A stretch of 64,000 nt of DNA from Podarcis bocagei. Taxonomy: Eukaryota. The stretch lies in NCBI GenBank assembly GCA_964188305.1, contig OZ076893.1. One strand, 5' to 3'. Within the stretch, counting starts at the first letter, position 1. Every line of letters begins with the position of its first letter. The notes under the pieces are model-generated. The model was not told the origin of the DNA. It did no database searches and was given only the letters and a program-made list of their open reading frames with translations. Shown piece by piece: positions 47,882 to 62,735 of the stretch. The position numbers were made by a program, and so were the translations under genes.

Positions 47882-50800
47882 TAACATGCTTTGTAGTTAA
47901 GACATGTTGCACATGGCTGCATTGTAACATGTAGTTTGGCTCTACATGATCCATTACTTCATAATGTTTCCCCCCAATACTGAGGTCTAATTGGAGCTGG
48001 CCTTCTAACCAACTCTCATCAGAAGTTCTCCAGGGCTGTTTTACTTTTAAATCTTCTTTGTTATTATGGTCGACATTTTGTTTACTCCAAAGCACGTTGG
48101 GAATAATTGGTTAGGATGCACTGCATCACGAAGGCACAGATGGCAGGCCAAAGTCTCTGCTGATCTGAAGACAGTGTTAGCATTTTTTTAAAAGAGAGAG
48201 AAAGAAAGAAAATAAAGTAGAAAGTAGGGGGTGTTGAATAGGGCCAGCAATGGTAGCACTGTACAAAGGATGTTGTGGGTGGTCCATTGGGAAAGTTGTT
48301 AGGAATCTGCGATATGTCCACTACAATCAACAGAAAGACACAATCGCGCCTCCGTAGGGAATTGGGAGGGAAGAACTTGTTTAAATAAAATCGCAGGGTT
48401 GTCAGAATGTTAAGCTAATTCTCTAATGTTCTGTGCATTGTCTGGGGAGCTTAGGCATTGCATCATTTGATGTACTGAAGTAGTGACAAAATATTTTAAT
48501 AGCAGTGCGTTTGGAAAGTGTTAACATCTTTTTGATCGTTTGAAAAGACTTGACTGCGTGTGGCGAAAGTAAAAAAAGAAAGAAAGAAAATGCTGTTCGA
48601 GAAAAGCAACTCGTTCCATAGGCTGCTTTGTTTTCTGCTTTAGATAACTGCACAACGTGATTCTACCAGTCTCTGGGACATATTTATGCCAGTGGTTACG
48701 TATAAGTCATTACCATTACAATGCAACAATGTCCGAGGCTTGTTTTGCTGTTCTGTTAAGTGTCCCTTCAAGGGCTCAACAATGGAAGTGTTTTAACTTA
48801 CAGGATGTATTGTCAAGTTTTTGTTTTGTTGAAGCTGCGTGACAGGCTGGAATTCGGCAGGAGAAGTTTTTTCTAGCCTGCAGGTAATGCAAGAGACAAT
48901 AATTCTGCTCAGTCATATGTATTCCCAGTTCTAATATACAGTGGGATTCCTTCTCAGGTATTCTCCCATGTAGGTACCAGCTCAGTAGACATGGGTGGAA
49001 CTGTTAGTTTTGGTTTTTCTCAGTTTCTCTTTTTTCCAATCTTAAGTTTATTTCTCCAAATTTCCATAACAGTTCCCATTAAAAAAATTTCTTGTGAACA
49101 TTTATCCACATCTTAGTGATAATTTCCCGTAATATCACATTTCCCCAAAGCAATGTCCCATAATCTAATGCATTTTCCTATGTTCTTTTCACTAATATTT
49201 TTATCTTATGCAAACTTTAGGATATGAATTTTTGCACACATTGCAGGCTGGATAGCTGTATTGCAAAATTCAGAGAACTGCAAATTTTGATAGATGGCTG
49301 TGGTTCAGTTCATGTGTTGTTTTTGGAAACAGTGAATTAGTTAGGTTCACCTTTAAAATACCCCAAAGCAAAAATGTCTCAGTCTGGCACCAAAAAGATG
49401 ACTAAGAGCACTTCCACCTGTCTTACGACTTTCCCCTGGGAAAATCTGCTGCTTACAAATGAATCAGAACAAATGTCAATTGGTTTTTCTATGATGTTGT
49501 TCCGATTCAGTAATTCTAACTCACTTGGACTTACTTCTGAACAGGCATTCTGCAAAACACACATAAATCCCATATACTTCATCAGGCATTTGGTTAAGTC
49601 AGTGTTTCTCAAGCTTGGGTCCCCAGCTGGACTACAACTCCCACCATCCCTAGCTTGCAGGACCTATGGTCAGGGATGATGGGAGTTGTAGTCCAAAAAC
49701 AGCTGGGGACCAAAGTTTGAGAAACAGTGGTTGCCTTCATTGTCAGAGTGCTTCTTGTGAAGATGAATCATTGATGGACTTCAATGTTCTTTTGATGGAT
49801 AGATGCCTCCAGATAATTTGACACAGTTCTTTTGTATCTTTTAAAAAGTGTATACTTCTTTTATTTTTGGCAGTTAAAAAGATGTGACCAGGGCGTAACC
49901 AGGCACCAAAAAATGTAATCAAAATACCCTAAAATGAAAACCCAAATATAAAACTCAGCTGTTAGAAAGCATCTCCCCAGTAAATGTGTAGTTAAAAAAT
50001 GAGCCACGTTATATCACCATGATAGGATTTCTCTCCCCTCCCTTTCATTGGTTGCCACATATGGGAGTAAGAAAATATTAAAGCAATAACAATGTCATAC
50101 CCCCCCATTCCTGTGATGATGTGGGGAAGAGAAACACAGGTCAGCAGCTCACACAAGTTTGCCTGTAAAATGCAGTCTGGAAGGGTGGGATTAAGATGTG
50201 CTGAGGTCCGAAACTGTGCCAAATTTAAGAGGCCTCATAGTGTTATCCCCAAAATGTGTAAAAACCAAACCTCACCTGCCACTGTTTCACAAATTATGGA
50301 CACCTGGCCTAATGATATATATTTTTAAAGATAAATTATGGTTATTTATGAACAGATTTATAAACACAACCATTAAGCATACTTTGGTCATATCTAAACA
50401 ATAATGTTTGTTTTAGAGTCCCCATTTCCTTTATTTATTTAACCAATTATGCCACATTTGAAATTTAAGGAGCAGGGATTTTTAAAAAGACCTCTTGTAA
50501 TCTGAGACCCTAAACCATAGTTTACTTAGTTTGTGTGCAAAGCTGGCACTGAGTTTGGGCCTAAGGCAGGTATGGAGAACCTGTGGACCTCAGAAGGTTG
50601 TTGGACTCCAACTCCCATCCACTTCAGTCAGCACAGTCAGTGGTCAAGGATGATGAGAGATGTGGCCTTGCAATATACAAGAGGCTACAGTGTCCTCACC
50701 CCTGGCCTGAGGGAAGTACTCCTGATTCTGGTGTAAATTTTCTGCAGCCAGTCTTGAGTTCAGTTTTGTGTTGGGACATGACATGAAATGAGGATTCCAT

Positions 50801-52691
50801 TCAATCTGAGCCTATCTTCTGTGCTTCTTAGGAATATTCTGCATTGACTTCAAAGAATTTGAAGACTTTGTGATGCAAAGAAGCTTGTGTGTGACCCTCA
50901 AGCTTCTTGAACAAGTACCATCATTATGGACAACGTTAATTTTTGTTCCAGTTTGTGACCTACCTTAAGCAGAAATTGCCAACAGACCTAAATTGCTTGG
51001 TGGCTTGTTGAGGCTGAAAGATACCCTCTGTGGACTAAACTCATTAGAGATAGAGAGGGATTTATTAGAGACACTGTCAAACAGGCACGTTAATAAGTGA
51101 GGAATAACACACAAAGCAATTATGATTTTAATGCAATGATGTTAGCATGCTGCCTTTTAACCCATCCCCCAACCTGACACTCCTTCATTGAAAATAGGAA
51201 ATAAATGGGAATGGACAACCTCCACTGCCTTGCAGATCCATGCCATCACATTTCAGTGTGACTTGTGTAGAAAGAGCACTCAATGGACTGTGCTCTTGGG
51301 CTGCTGCTCAGCAGTGTGTATCAAATGCATGATACAACTGTCTGATAAACTATAGCCTAATGGGCCACAAGTCAGAAAGCTGCCCTAACCAGTGTGTTAG
51401 AGACTGTGCATGACTGCTCTCTGTCCCCAGGATGCCAGGATTGTTCAGGCAAAAGTGGCTGTGAGGGGCAATCCTGGCCAAATCAGGATCTCAATGGGAT
51501 GGAGAAGCAGTTATGTACACATGCCAATATTTGCTTACATCTTCTAATGACATGAGTCCAATGTATGGATGAGCCAGGAGGATGCCTCAGGAGGCTGCCC
51601 TGCTAGCAGTGGCAGGCCTAAACCACAAAGCCCTGTATCTCCACTCATGCTTTGAAAATGTGCATGGGCTCATCTGAACCTCCTGCCATCAAGTAAGTTT
51701 CTCTTCCTCCTGTGTTGCCTGCTCTTTGGATACCCTGACCACAGCTTCCTTTTACATCTCCTGCTGGCCATCCCATTAGCTGCAGAACTCCATATTGACA
51801 GGGTGGCCCTCACCTGATAGCATGAACTCTCCCCTGCAACATAGCAGACATCAATGGTGGCATGCTTCTTCTACCTACTAAACCCACATATTTTTGCTTG
51901 GCCATTCCCAGACCATTGATGCCAGTTTTTCACCAGCATCTATGCTGTGACCTTGATGTTTTTTGCTGTATTGTTATGATTTATTGTTTCACTGTAAAAT
52001 TGCTTTGGGGTTGTGTTAAATGAAAAGTGGTCTAGAAAAGTATTGGAAATAGATGCATCATCTGGAATGAGTGGGTGTTTTGTAAACTACTTTTTTTATT
52101 TCTGTGTTAAGCATTATTCTCTCCTGTTTAGTTTTAAGCTGTTAAATTATTATCATTATTATTTTGCAATGCATTAGAATGGGTTTTTTTTTGTATTTCA
52201 TATATATTTAGATCTATCTATCTATCTATCTATCATCTAGCTACCTATCATCTATCTAAATCTACTTAATTGTTCACTCAGTATGTTGTGAATATATTGT
52301 AAATTGCATCATGTGAAGTGATCCTTAAATGTAATAAATAATAATATTCAAAATTTGGAAAGCTAATGTGTGATATTTTGCAATTGCCACCTGCTTTTTG
52401 ATAGCCTCTATTACCTTGACACATGTTGGTGCCAAACAACAACTACCAGGGCTACATCAATGTTTAAATAAAGTGCTAGTAGGAACTGAATGTATGTTAT
52501 TGGATGCTTTACAAGTTTGTGAGCTGCTACTGAACTGTGATTGGATAATAGGATAATACATCATATGACTTATCTGTTACCTGCTTTCCCATTTAGAAAA
52601 TGTCCGTTTGTATATAGGTAGATACAGATTATATGCAATGCTTAAAAACAAGTTATCTGACCCAGGCCTAAGAATGGGAGAAGCTATAGAC

Positions 52692-52827
52692 CAGGCACCC
52701 CCAAACTCGGCCCTCGAGCTGTTTTAGGACTACAATTCCCACCATCTGTGACCACTGGTCCTGTTAGCTAGGGATGATGGGAGTTGTAGTCCCAAAACAG
52801 CTGGAGTGGCGAGTTTGGGGGTATCTG
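52692..52827. mobile_element. Short hAT-type MITE (related copies at 23210-23345 and ~49600-49728)
   Basis: Palindromic GGACTACAA..CCCA/TGGGAGTTGTAGTCC body; 8-bp TSD CTATAGAC/CTATAGAT. Confidence 0.8.
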
Positions 52828-55800
52828 CTATAGATTTAACACAGCAGACTTTTTAGGTTTTAATCCTGTACACCTTTACACGGGAGGCAGTCTCATTAAA
52901 CTCAGCGGGATGTACGTCAGAGAAGACATTGGTTGGGTTACATGAATAAATACAACCTCTCATAGTACAAGAATATAATTTATGTAGAGATTGGCTTTTT
53001 TCAAATTATTGCCTAGGACTATAATTCCCAATGGTGTGTGATGATCAGACCATTTGGGAAAGCATATAAACCTCAGTCAGAGTTAGGCATGTTATGGGCT
53101 AACGGGGTGGGGGTGGGGTGTTAATCTTGGAATATATTTCGTCCCTTATTTTTCCTCTCTTACGGCCTTGGGTTCTTCACTCCTCGGTGATTACAGTCCT
53201 GAGAATCTTCTCCGAGGCTAGTCTCTTCCCCACAACCCTAGTGTGCTAAATAAGTTTTCTACGGAAGGATAAAAATCGCATCAAAGGTAATTAGACAAAA
53301 GGTCAGTGTACATTTATTTTTTCTCCCCCTGTATATATCTGCAGCATTATCATCACCTAAGTGTCTCTTACTTACAGCTATGTTGTGACACTGTAAAAGC
53401 TATTTTGGCTGCTCTGTTGTGATGGCCGCTATTTATGGAACATAAAAGGATACGAAAAGGTTTGTAAAGACCAGGGCAGGATCAGATAAAGGAAAACGGG
53501 AGAGAAACAGGCATCTTGGGATGGTAACTACCCTGCCATGTACTGACAGGGAGGTTGTATATTTTTAGAATATACTGGAAGGAATGGTGCTTTTACTTAG
53601 GTTTTTATGTTTTACCATGAGATGCAATTTTCTGGCCTTATATGCAGTTGTAACAAAAGTCAGAGAGATTTTATGATAGCTGCCAGAGTTCATAAATGAT
53701 GGCATACACTAAAATATTTATAGAACTGTAAAATCTTGATTTCTCTCTGGTTTAGCAGATGGGGCCCTAAAACCAGTTTCTGGATTGTCACATTTCTTTA
53801 CCCTTTGATGACAAAGAAGTCTATTATCACTTTCCCCCTGCTTCTCCCCCTCTTCCAATCTTGCAAACAAGTTCACTAGTGTGATGAGGATCACACACTC
53901 TCTCCACTTCTTTTTTTAAAATCTCCACGAGGGATCTCTCTATTGAGAGATGTCACCCATAAAAAGCTGTACAGTGATTTCAGATAACCCTTCCCGTCAT
54001 CAAAGATTCAGTGTTTGCGCAATGTAGATGGCCCTTTATTTGTTTGTTTTACACTTTCTGGTGTAATTGCATGCAAAGGGGATTGGCTCCCTTTCTGAAT
54101 CTCGGCACAATGTCGCCGATAAGAGAGATAAATTCTACTTAAATGCCAAGACTCGTCCGCCTCGGCATCTTATGTATTATTACAGCTATTTGTGTCTGCT
54201 CAGAGGGTGTAATGAATTTCTATAATGCTGCTAAATCTGGTCAATATCAAAGATGGGCAGAGTTTGGGATGGAGATTAAAGAAATAGTTGCAGCATGGAA
54301 TCATCAGCGTCAGAGAATTTCCCATCTGGATGGAAACCGAAGAGTAGAATTGTGCATCTGGAAATTGTGTATCTGTCTCTGTAATGCTGTAGACTGCAAA
54401 GGAATGATTTTACCACTTATGCTTTTTACTTCATCTTCATATTAAATTGAGGATACATCAAATTTGTCCTGTGGTGTAACCCATGCTGAGCCAACAGCAT
54501 GTGGTTTCACAGACACACCCCTTCCCATTTCCCCCCCTTTCTCACATCCTGTCCTCAACATTCTAACACAAGTCTGGGGGAACTTTGGCTCAGATACAGC
54601 TGAACTACAACTCCCGGCACCTCTGGCCACTGGTCAATCTTGGTGGGCCTGGTGGGAGTTTCAGTTCAGTAACATCTGGAGATGTTTCGCACACATAGTC
54701 TATCATGTTAGAGCATGGCACAGAATTAGAACGCAGAGAGGGAAAATGCAGATTTGGAGGGCAGGCTGATGTAAAAAAAGGACTGGGTTTCACTCTCCAT
54801 CACTTCATTTCATGGGAAAATTTAAATGGGATGCCATTTTTCAGTGTGAACCCCAGAGGTGGGATGGAAGGGGGCAATATTAATCCCTCTTCCCAGAGGA
54901 ATCCCTGAGTGCACCCCTTTGTTTTCCCCATATCATTAAAAAAAATCATTATTTTTTTAAATCAGGAAAAATAAGTCAGCGGAGATGGAAGGAGGCATAC
55001 CCAGCACTGCAGTGGGGTCATAGGAAAGCTAGCATGTCAAGAAGGGCCCTGAATCATAGATTCTGTGGGCTAGATTTCACAATTTCATGCTACTTTTGAA
55101 GGTAAATGAGAGAACGGTAATCACCAAGCTGCAATCTGAAGTGGTACATTCCAGGAATGGGTAAAACCAAATGGGATTGTCTCAGTTTCCGGATTGGGCT
55201 GAAAATCTGGCCTAGGCTGCAAGACTGTTCTTATCTTTTTGGGGGTGTTAATTTTATGCATGTTTTAGTCCCATGGTGTTCAGTGGGAATATTTCCAAGT
55301 AAGCATGTACCGGATGGCAGCCTTGGCAGGTGTAGATTAATCTTCTTAGATGCAATGGTTTTTCTGCAGGTAACATCATTGATTTGAATAGGTTTCATTC
55401 CCCTTGCAGTGGGTGAGAAGGCAGGGTTGGTGCTCAGCAGAGTGGAGGTGGCCAATTTGTCCCCGAGCAATAGAAAACTCATCTCAGCCACGCGCCAGAG
55501 AGGAGGAAAACTGCTCAGCTTCCTGAGGGAACCTTGGTAAAGAGGGGTGCTGAATGGGCATGCCAAACATTCAAGGCATGGCCAAGTCAACTGCATTTTA
55601 TTTCTCTAAGCTCTTGCTATCCTGGAAGACAGGGAAGGACTTCAGTGCAGCAGGGTGAAAAGCAGGGCTTGCTTTGGAAAGTATAATTTGAATCCAGGAA
55701 CATGACTTAACCTTCAGCTGTGGGTGAAGAAGGTGGCAATATCGTTTCAAGCCTGAGCCTGTGTGAGTCACCCAAAATAAGACGCTGCTTGCCAGAGCCG

Positions 55801-55914
55801 GTGGTGCAGATGTTTTACGATATAATTGTGCATGCTACTGACTGGTCCTTGGTGGAACTTATATAGGTCCCTGCAGTTGCTGTTATTCCTAGCATTAATG
55901 AGGAACATATAATT

Positions 55915-56409
55915 AGTACTGTTGAGAGTGTATTAACTTATGGTCTGTGTGTGTGGTTTGGGAGCTGCACGGTCAGGGAAAAAACAATGCTGTCCAGGGT
56001 TGTAAAGACTGTGGAGAAAATAACTGGGTGCACTCTTCCGACCTTGGATCAAATCTATGCTTCCAGGTGTCATAAGAAAGTTGCAGAGATAGTGCAGGAT
56101 AGTACACACCCCAAAAATGATCTCTTTCAGCTTCTGCCTTCTGGAAGGAGGTACAGGGTTATAAAGACTAGGACTAGCTGCCTGAGAAACAGTTTTTATC
56201 CAAATGCGATTTTGGTTTTAAATGCAGTGTGAGGTAGTCTCTATGGGAGTATATTGTATTTAATTATGGGGTATCAGAGTTTTTAGGAGGTTAACCAGGC
56301 TGGGATAGCTGGGATAGCAGGCTTGTTGGTGTTTGAATGTCTGATGTAGATTTTTTTCAATTTCGTTGTTCTGTATGGGACAGTGACAATAAAGATTATC
56401 GTATCGTAT
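55915..56409 (+). mobile_element. Rex1/Babar-type LINE 3' fragment
   Basis: Encodes ESVLTYGLCVWFGSCT...DSTHP...FQLLPSGRRYR...TRTSCLRNSFYPNAI; AATAAA followed by a (TATCG)n tail. Confidence 0.8.
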
Positions 56410-56910
56410 TGTAGACTACACATGCATGCAGCCCATCCTCTGCTGAAGGACAGAATTGAATTGGAGGGGAATAGTAGCAGCACAAGTGTTGTAAATATTG
56501 CAGATATCATGCAGGATAATTCCTACATCGGGAGTAGGATATTGGTTTCACAGTCACTGTGCACACATTGCTCTATTGCTTGTAGGAGCATTGGTGGTGT
56601 GTATTTCAGGAAGTAAAATTTTGGACACAGACGTTGTTAAGCTTTTTTGGGGAATCACAGACATTTTGCCAATTTCCCACCACCACCCCGGACGTTATTC
56701 CGGATGTATAGTAATCCTGTGTAGGCAGTGTGTAAGCAATGATAGCATATACACACACAGATATGGATTCCCAGATTAAACAGAAGAGTGTCTTTGCATT
56801 ACAGCGTGCACAACATTTAAATTCCTGCCAGTCTGATCACATCCAGGGTGAACTGTCATGAGCAGAATATCAGTCTCTGGAGGATCCAATATGGGCTTGT
56901 GCATGTAGAA

Positions 56911-57147
56911 CAGGGGTCAGCAACCTTTTTCAGCCATTCAGCCACTGTCCCTCAGACCGTGTGGTGGGCCGGACTATATTTTGGAAAAAAATAATGAACG
57001 AATTCCCATGCCCCACAAATAACCCCAGAGATGCATTTTAAATAAAAGGACACATTCTACTCATGTGAAAACACACTGATTCCAGGGCCGGATTGAGAAG
57101 GTGATTGGGTCGCATCCAGCCCACAGGCCTTAGGTTGCCTACCCCTG
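56911..57147. mobile_element. hAT-type MITE
   Basis: TIR CAGGGGT...AACCT/AGGTT...ACCCCTG; perfect 8-bp TSD ATGTAGAA. Confidence 0.88.
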
Positions 57148-59470
57148 ATGTAGAAGCACCCAGCTTAGATTCATCACATAGGAGGTGGAAGTAGTTGGCT
57201 TTCACACAACAGCCTCAGCTTATAGCAAGACAGCTAGAAGTTGGACAAGTGCATCTGGAAAAAATAAGAGCTGTAAATAAAGGCCATATATCGTAACTAC
57301 CAGACTCTGAAATAGTTTCATGGATGAGCTCGTCAGCAAACAGTGGCCTTGCAAAAGACCATAGGTAGGAGGGTGTCTGAACATAGTCGCATGTAGGTAA
57401 TGCCAATTCATGTCAGTGGGATGGGAGACTGGTTCTCTGGTGTACCAAGTGGTTCCAAGGGCCAAATCAGATGCAACATTTGTCATCTGGTACAGAATGG
57501 ATGCCATTTTTTTTTCTAAAAAGAAATAGCTAATTTGGGCCCAAGACATGGGAAGAGGGTGGGTGGGACTTTAATCTTTTGTCCATGCCAATATGAACTA
57601 CCCCCATGCTTGTTATGTGCAATGTTATGTTATGTGCTATGAAGGATAGCTTCAACTGATGCCAATATATGGAAATTCTGAGTGGGATGGTGGCAAGGGC
57701 AAAGAGTTGAATTTCTCCACATATCATGGACCTGATCTGGCTCCCACCAGGAAATTTTCTTAAAATAATCTGCCAAGCCATGATGAGGTTATGGATGATT
57801 AAGTAGGATACAAATCCTGATAAAAAAATAAGAAAGAAAGAAGGCCAAACCACGTCAAAAATGTTATGTCTAGTTGACTCAAGGTTGTATGTGGCTTTGT
57901 GATGAAATCCACAGTTGGTAAATAAATATTTCAAAACTTCAGGATCATAGAGGGTTACATAAATGTTTGTATTTGAGCCAAACATAGATATTCAAGTACA
58001 GACATATCCAAGTGCAAGACTGTTATTAATGAAATTACAGATAAATTGCTAGATAAATTACTATTCATTACTTCTGTAGGCATGTTTTAAAAATTTCCCA
58101 GATTAAATCCCAAGAACAAGTGATTTCTCCAGTTGCTTGACATAAGATATAAGTGAAGTCAAAGTTGAAAGTATCTCTTTTTTCATTCCTCTACAGGGCC
58201 AATGTAGTGCATCACCAGCTCTTCTATGCAAGCCTTTTAGAAGAGGTACACAAGACTGCCACCTTGCTGAAGTTCAGCAGGCCTGGGTCTAATCCAGTTT
58301 CTGGAGGGAAGACCAAATGGGACCTACATGCACACTGTCTTGTACTTTGTGATGGATGAAAAGTGGGATATGAATGTAAAAAATAAAATGAAATGACTCT
58401 TCCTTAAAATCACAATAAAACCATCAACATGTGCAATGAAATAATCATGTTTCTGCCCAAGCTGAATTCTTTGAAGTCTGCTTTATTTAATTTTTTTTTA
58501 AAAAAATAATAATAATACCCAGATCTTCCTCCAGATTGGAGCACTGGAGAGCTTACAACACAACATACAATATCAACAGTATTACAAAATGTAATTGATT
58601 CCAATAGGAGAGTTAAGCTAATGCATTAAAATAGCTCCCATCAAAGTGAGTGGCCCTTCAAAGGGCTTAGCTTTGGCTGGATCCTGCTCAGGATTTTAAA
58701 TATAAAACCAGCTAATTCTCCCAAGGCTTTATGAAAGAGCAAAGTTATGAACTTGACATATGTTTGCAAACTCACATTTGTTGCGTTCATACATTACATT
58801 TTTAAGTGCACAGTTGCCCTGTTCCAACAAGTGTGAAGGCCATGCAGTCATCTGGTAGAGATAGCAAGAACAGATGCTGAAAGGCAGAGAATGGGCAGTA
58901 AATCAAAATGCCAAGAACTGGAATTGGAAAGTAAGAATGGTCAGTGGCAGGTCTTTCAGAACCCTGGACAGGTCTCTTCAAACAGGTCCTATGGGGAAAA
59001 CAATTTGTCCTAATGCATACTGGATGTAAACTGTACACCGTATTTTTGCTCTATAAGACTCACTTTTTCCCTCCTAAAAAGTAAGGGGAAATGTGTGCGC
59101 GTCTTATGGAGCGAATGCAGGCTGCGCAACTATCCCAGAAGCCAGAACAGCAAGAGGGATTGCTGCTTTCACTGCGCAGCAATCCCTCTTGCTGTTCTGG
59201 CTTCTGAGATTCAGAATATTTTTTTTCTTGTTTTCCTCCTCCAAAAACTAGGTGCATCTTGTGGTCTGGTGTGCCTTATAGAAAAATACGGCAATTCCTG
59301 ACTTGGTCTTCCAAGCCCAAATCTTTTGCTAGAGAATGGAAATATTTAAATGAATAGCCACTTGGTTGTCAGTGCAACTCCATTAATTGAGCTGTGGTAA
59401 ACAGGTTTGACCTGTGAGGTCTTTGAGGGCAAGGATGCTGGTTCCTCAGTACAGTATGTGCAACATGGGG

Positions 59471-59559
59471 CATAGCTGTCAACTTTTCCCTTTTTTAAGG
59501 GAAATTCCCTTATTCCGAATAGGATTCCTTACAAGAAAAGGGAACAGTTGACAGCTATG
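59471..59559. mobile_element. ~89-bp hAT-type MITE (copies at 21676-21764 and ~61726-61814)
   Basis: TIR CATAGCTGTCAAC/GTTGACAGCTATG; 8-bp TSDs ACATGGGG here and CTCATGAT at the 21676 copy. Confidence 0.85.
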
Positions 59560-60868
59560 ACATGGGGACTGCTGCTCCTGAGGATCCTGGTTTGGGGTAG
59601 GATCTTAGTTTTAGTCTTAATCTTAGTCTTTAGTCTTAGATTTAAATAGTTTTTGTTTACTGGGTGCAAGCTCAGTGCCAGGGTCCACAATGAGTGCTTC
59701 TGTGAGTTGTGCTCCTGATTCACTTGGCCCCGATCCTTCTAAGTCAATTTCCAAGGCACAACTCGTGTCAGCATCTTGGGTGCAGTGTGTGAGGCAGAAC
59801 TCAGGTCATCACTTAATGGGGACCCGATGCTCAGGTCCAAGTCAAAGATAAGCCCCAAAGTATTTCTGCAAAAGTGTTTCCCTGTTGCCGGCTATCAACT
59901 TGTCATTTAACACCTCCATTTTTGTAGACGAATAGCACCAGTTTCTGTACACTGATGAGCTTGTTGGGGAGATGGATGTTGAGTCGAGCCTTCTTTTCTT
60001 ATTTCAAACATACCATGAGCTGAAGGAAAGGCATTACTCCCTGCAGTAAGGTAGATCTCAGACCAACTATGCAATGCGGCCGCACAGAACACGAATCCTA
60101 CTGTCAGAAGTGCTACTAATTATTCTAATCACTTTTGCATGGCTTCAGCAAATCCACTTTCCCCACTCCCCTTTCAGAAGCCATAAGACCAATGCTCCCA
60201 TTAACCCGTTTCCTGGAACAATGCAGAGCTGGCAAATAAGCCCCATTATTATTCCGTTCCAGAGGAAATATAAATGATTTACATTTATATGCCAGCGTTT
60301 CCCTCCTTGTTGCCCCAGTAAGAGCTGTGAAATGATTTATAAGGATGCCGAAGTGCTGGCACAGATGTTATACAGCTTGAGCCTGTTTGCCTTGCACAGT
60401 GTGAGAGGCCATTCTGAGAGCGTGCCAAGGCACAGGTAGGCTATGAAATGACACTTGTGCCAGAGGCATCCGCGCAGTTGCAACACGAGACCAGCAGGGA
60501 TCTTGATGGTTGTGAAAATATTTTGGCACTCTTCCTTTGAGGAGGGTGTTTCGGTGCAGGGCAAATGGAGGGGGGGGAGGGAGGATGCTTAGTTCTCATA
60601 ATTAGCTGCCTCATTTAAATTCCTAATGGACTTCTGGTTCACGAAAACCATTCTGCTGTAGAACAGTAGGCAGCATTGTTGGGCCCTTCCTGAGGTTTCC
60701 TTTCATCAAAAGGAAGGTGAAAAGCTGATTATGCAATGGCTGCCTCCATGTCTCCTGCTGGGAGGAGGCCGATGGTACCAGGAAGATAGCAATTTTTGAC
60801 AGGAAAGAAATATAGCAATTTTTGACGAGGAAAGCAAGGGCCTCAGACTGTTGCAGAGGTGCCATGAA

Positions 60869-61671
60869 TGGTGCAATAAAGACTCTCCTCGCTGCAAGAG
60901 AGGGGAGTGGTTGTGACCGGGAGCCGGACTCCGCTTCAAGCAGGGGGCGTTAGCCCCCTGCCTCCCCCTCACCTGGCTGGCGCCCACGCCCAGGCACCCA
61001 ACCAGGTGCCTTCAAGGGGGCGTGTACAGAAGCCTAAATTGCTGTGGCGCCAGCCTCCCGGTCTCACTTTTCGTCGTCCCGTCGCGAGTCACTCACCCTC
61101 CACTCCCTTAGAGCAGGGTTTCAGTTTTCTTTTGGCCTTGCTATGGACCTTAGGTTGGTCGCCCTGGTTGTCCGGGGGGCCTGGTAGGAATTTTTCCATT
61201 TGGCATTAGGCTTTTTGGTTTTTTCGCCTACCTCGTAGCAATCGTCACAACTTTCATGGTATTGGTGGGTAGGTTAGGCATTGGAATAATGTGTTGTGGT
61301 GTCGAAGGGCTAGGTGTGGCCATCGCCTACGCCTTCAATTTTTGGGTATTCCGTTAAAGGAATCTGGCGGTCGTGTATTCTGTCCGATGCCTGCGTGGCG
61401 GGAGGCCATGGCAAGACCCTTGGTGACTTCAGAGGAGAGCTTATAGTTGGATTAGCATCAACAGGCTCCACCTACTGGTGAATAAACCCCCTTGTTTTAG
61501 ACTCACCCCTCTCCGAGTGGGTGGAGTCAACTGATGTAATCCAATGCCTAAGCCAATACCTTTTCACTTGCTGTAATCAATAAAGTTGTGGCCTTTTCTT
61601 GCCCATTAACCTTATATCACGTGTCCTTGTGTTTCATTCCCCTATGCGGGGATCGGGTCCTCGAACCACAA
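60869..61671 (+). mobile_element. Solo A-spacer-B unit of a more divergent Ngaro family
   Basis: Shares the ordered motifs CCTTGCTAT, GGGGCCTGGTAGGAATTTTTCCA, GCAATCGTCACAACTT, TTAGGCATTGG, TTCCGTTAAAGGAAT, CCAATGCCTAAG and AATAAAGTTGTGGCC. Length is ~803 bp; the ends are inferred. Confidence 0.8.
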
Positions 61672-62690
61672 CAAGTGTAAATGTTATCTTATAGTGCGGT
61701 GGCTTGGAATCTTATAGTGCAGGGGCCTAGCTGTCAACTTTTCCCTTTTCTTGTGAGGAATCCTATTCAGAATAAGGGAATTTCCCTTAAAAAGGGGGGA
61801 AGTTGACAGCTAGGGGCTAGGGGCCAAATACTTAACCTCTCTACCTGGTGCTTTGGTCTCTTCCCATCACACCCCCCTTCGCAGTCACATCCACTTTCCC
61901 CAGGCCACAGCCAAACCCAACCCTTACTTCTTACCCTTCCTGAGTGTTTTTGCCTGTCTAGAACATGTCCTTGGACTCTGATCATGCTTCTCACATGAAG
62001 CGTGGATGTGCGAGTGTGTAGAAATGTGCCTACTGTATGAAAGTAAAATGTCTATTTGTTCCTCCAGCCTCAAAATTGGCCGGTTTTTGCACCTGGAGAA
62101 AGCAAATATCCCATGGGTTGCATTCATTGGAGTGCCCTTGTACACGAAGAGCCTGAGCACAGTGTCTGGATTTAAAGAGCAAATTAGAGACTAGTGACTC
62201 TGTATATTGGTGTTCATTTCCCCCATGGGTCTCCCAAATAGACTATCTTTCTCATTCGGCTCAGAGAGATCTCAGTGCACCGGTTCGTAAGCAACCCAGG
62301 CATTTTAGTGCACTTAGATTTTTCTCCCAGGAGCTGCTCTTGGCTCGCACTGCACTCCCTTTATCTCAGCTTTAATCTTAAACAGCATGATTTGGGTCTT
62401 GTTTACATGTGGGCATGCGCACTCCTCACATGTGATTCCTAAGCTGACAGCTACCTTTTTGGCAAACTGAAAAAAATGTGCCCGAGCCCAAGTCTCACTA
62501 TTCCTTGCATCTGCATATTTAATTATTCATTTTGCATTTTATTAGAGTGCTACCTGATCCATTTTTTAAAATTGTAGTTGCAGTGTACCAAAAATAAAAA
62601 GTAACAAAATAAAGAATGCTTGACCACTTCTGATAACTGGCTACTGGCTTAAAAAATAACCAGCAGCAGAAATGTGGGGCAAGAGAAGTA

Positions 62691-62735
<45 letters not shown>

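Noticed and set aside
57530-57985. 151-aa minus-strand ORF
   Set aside because: No convincing motif; at most a degenerate LINE remnant.
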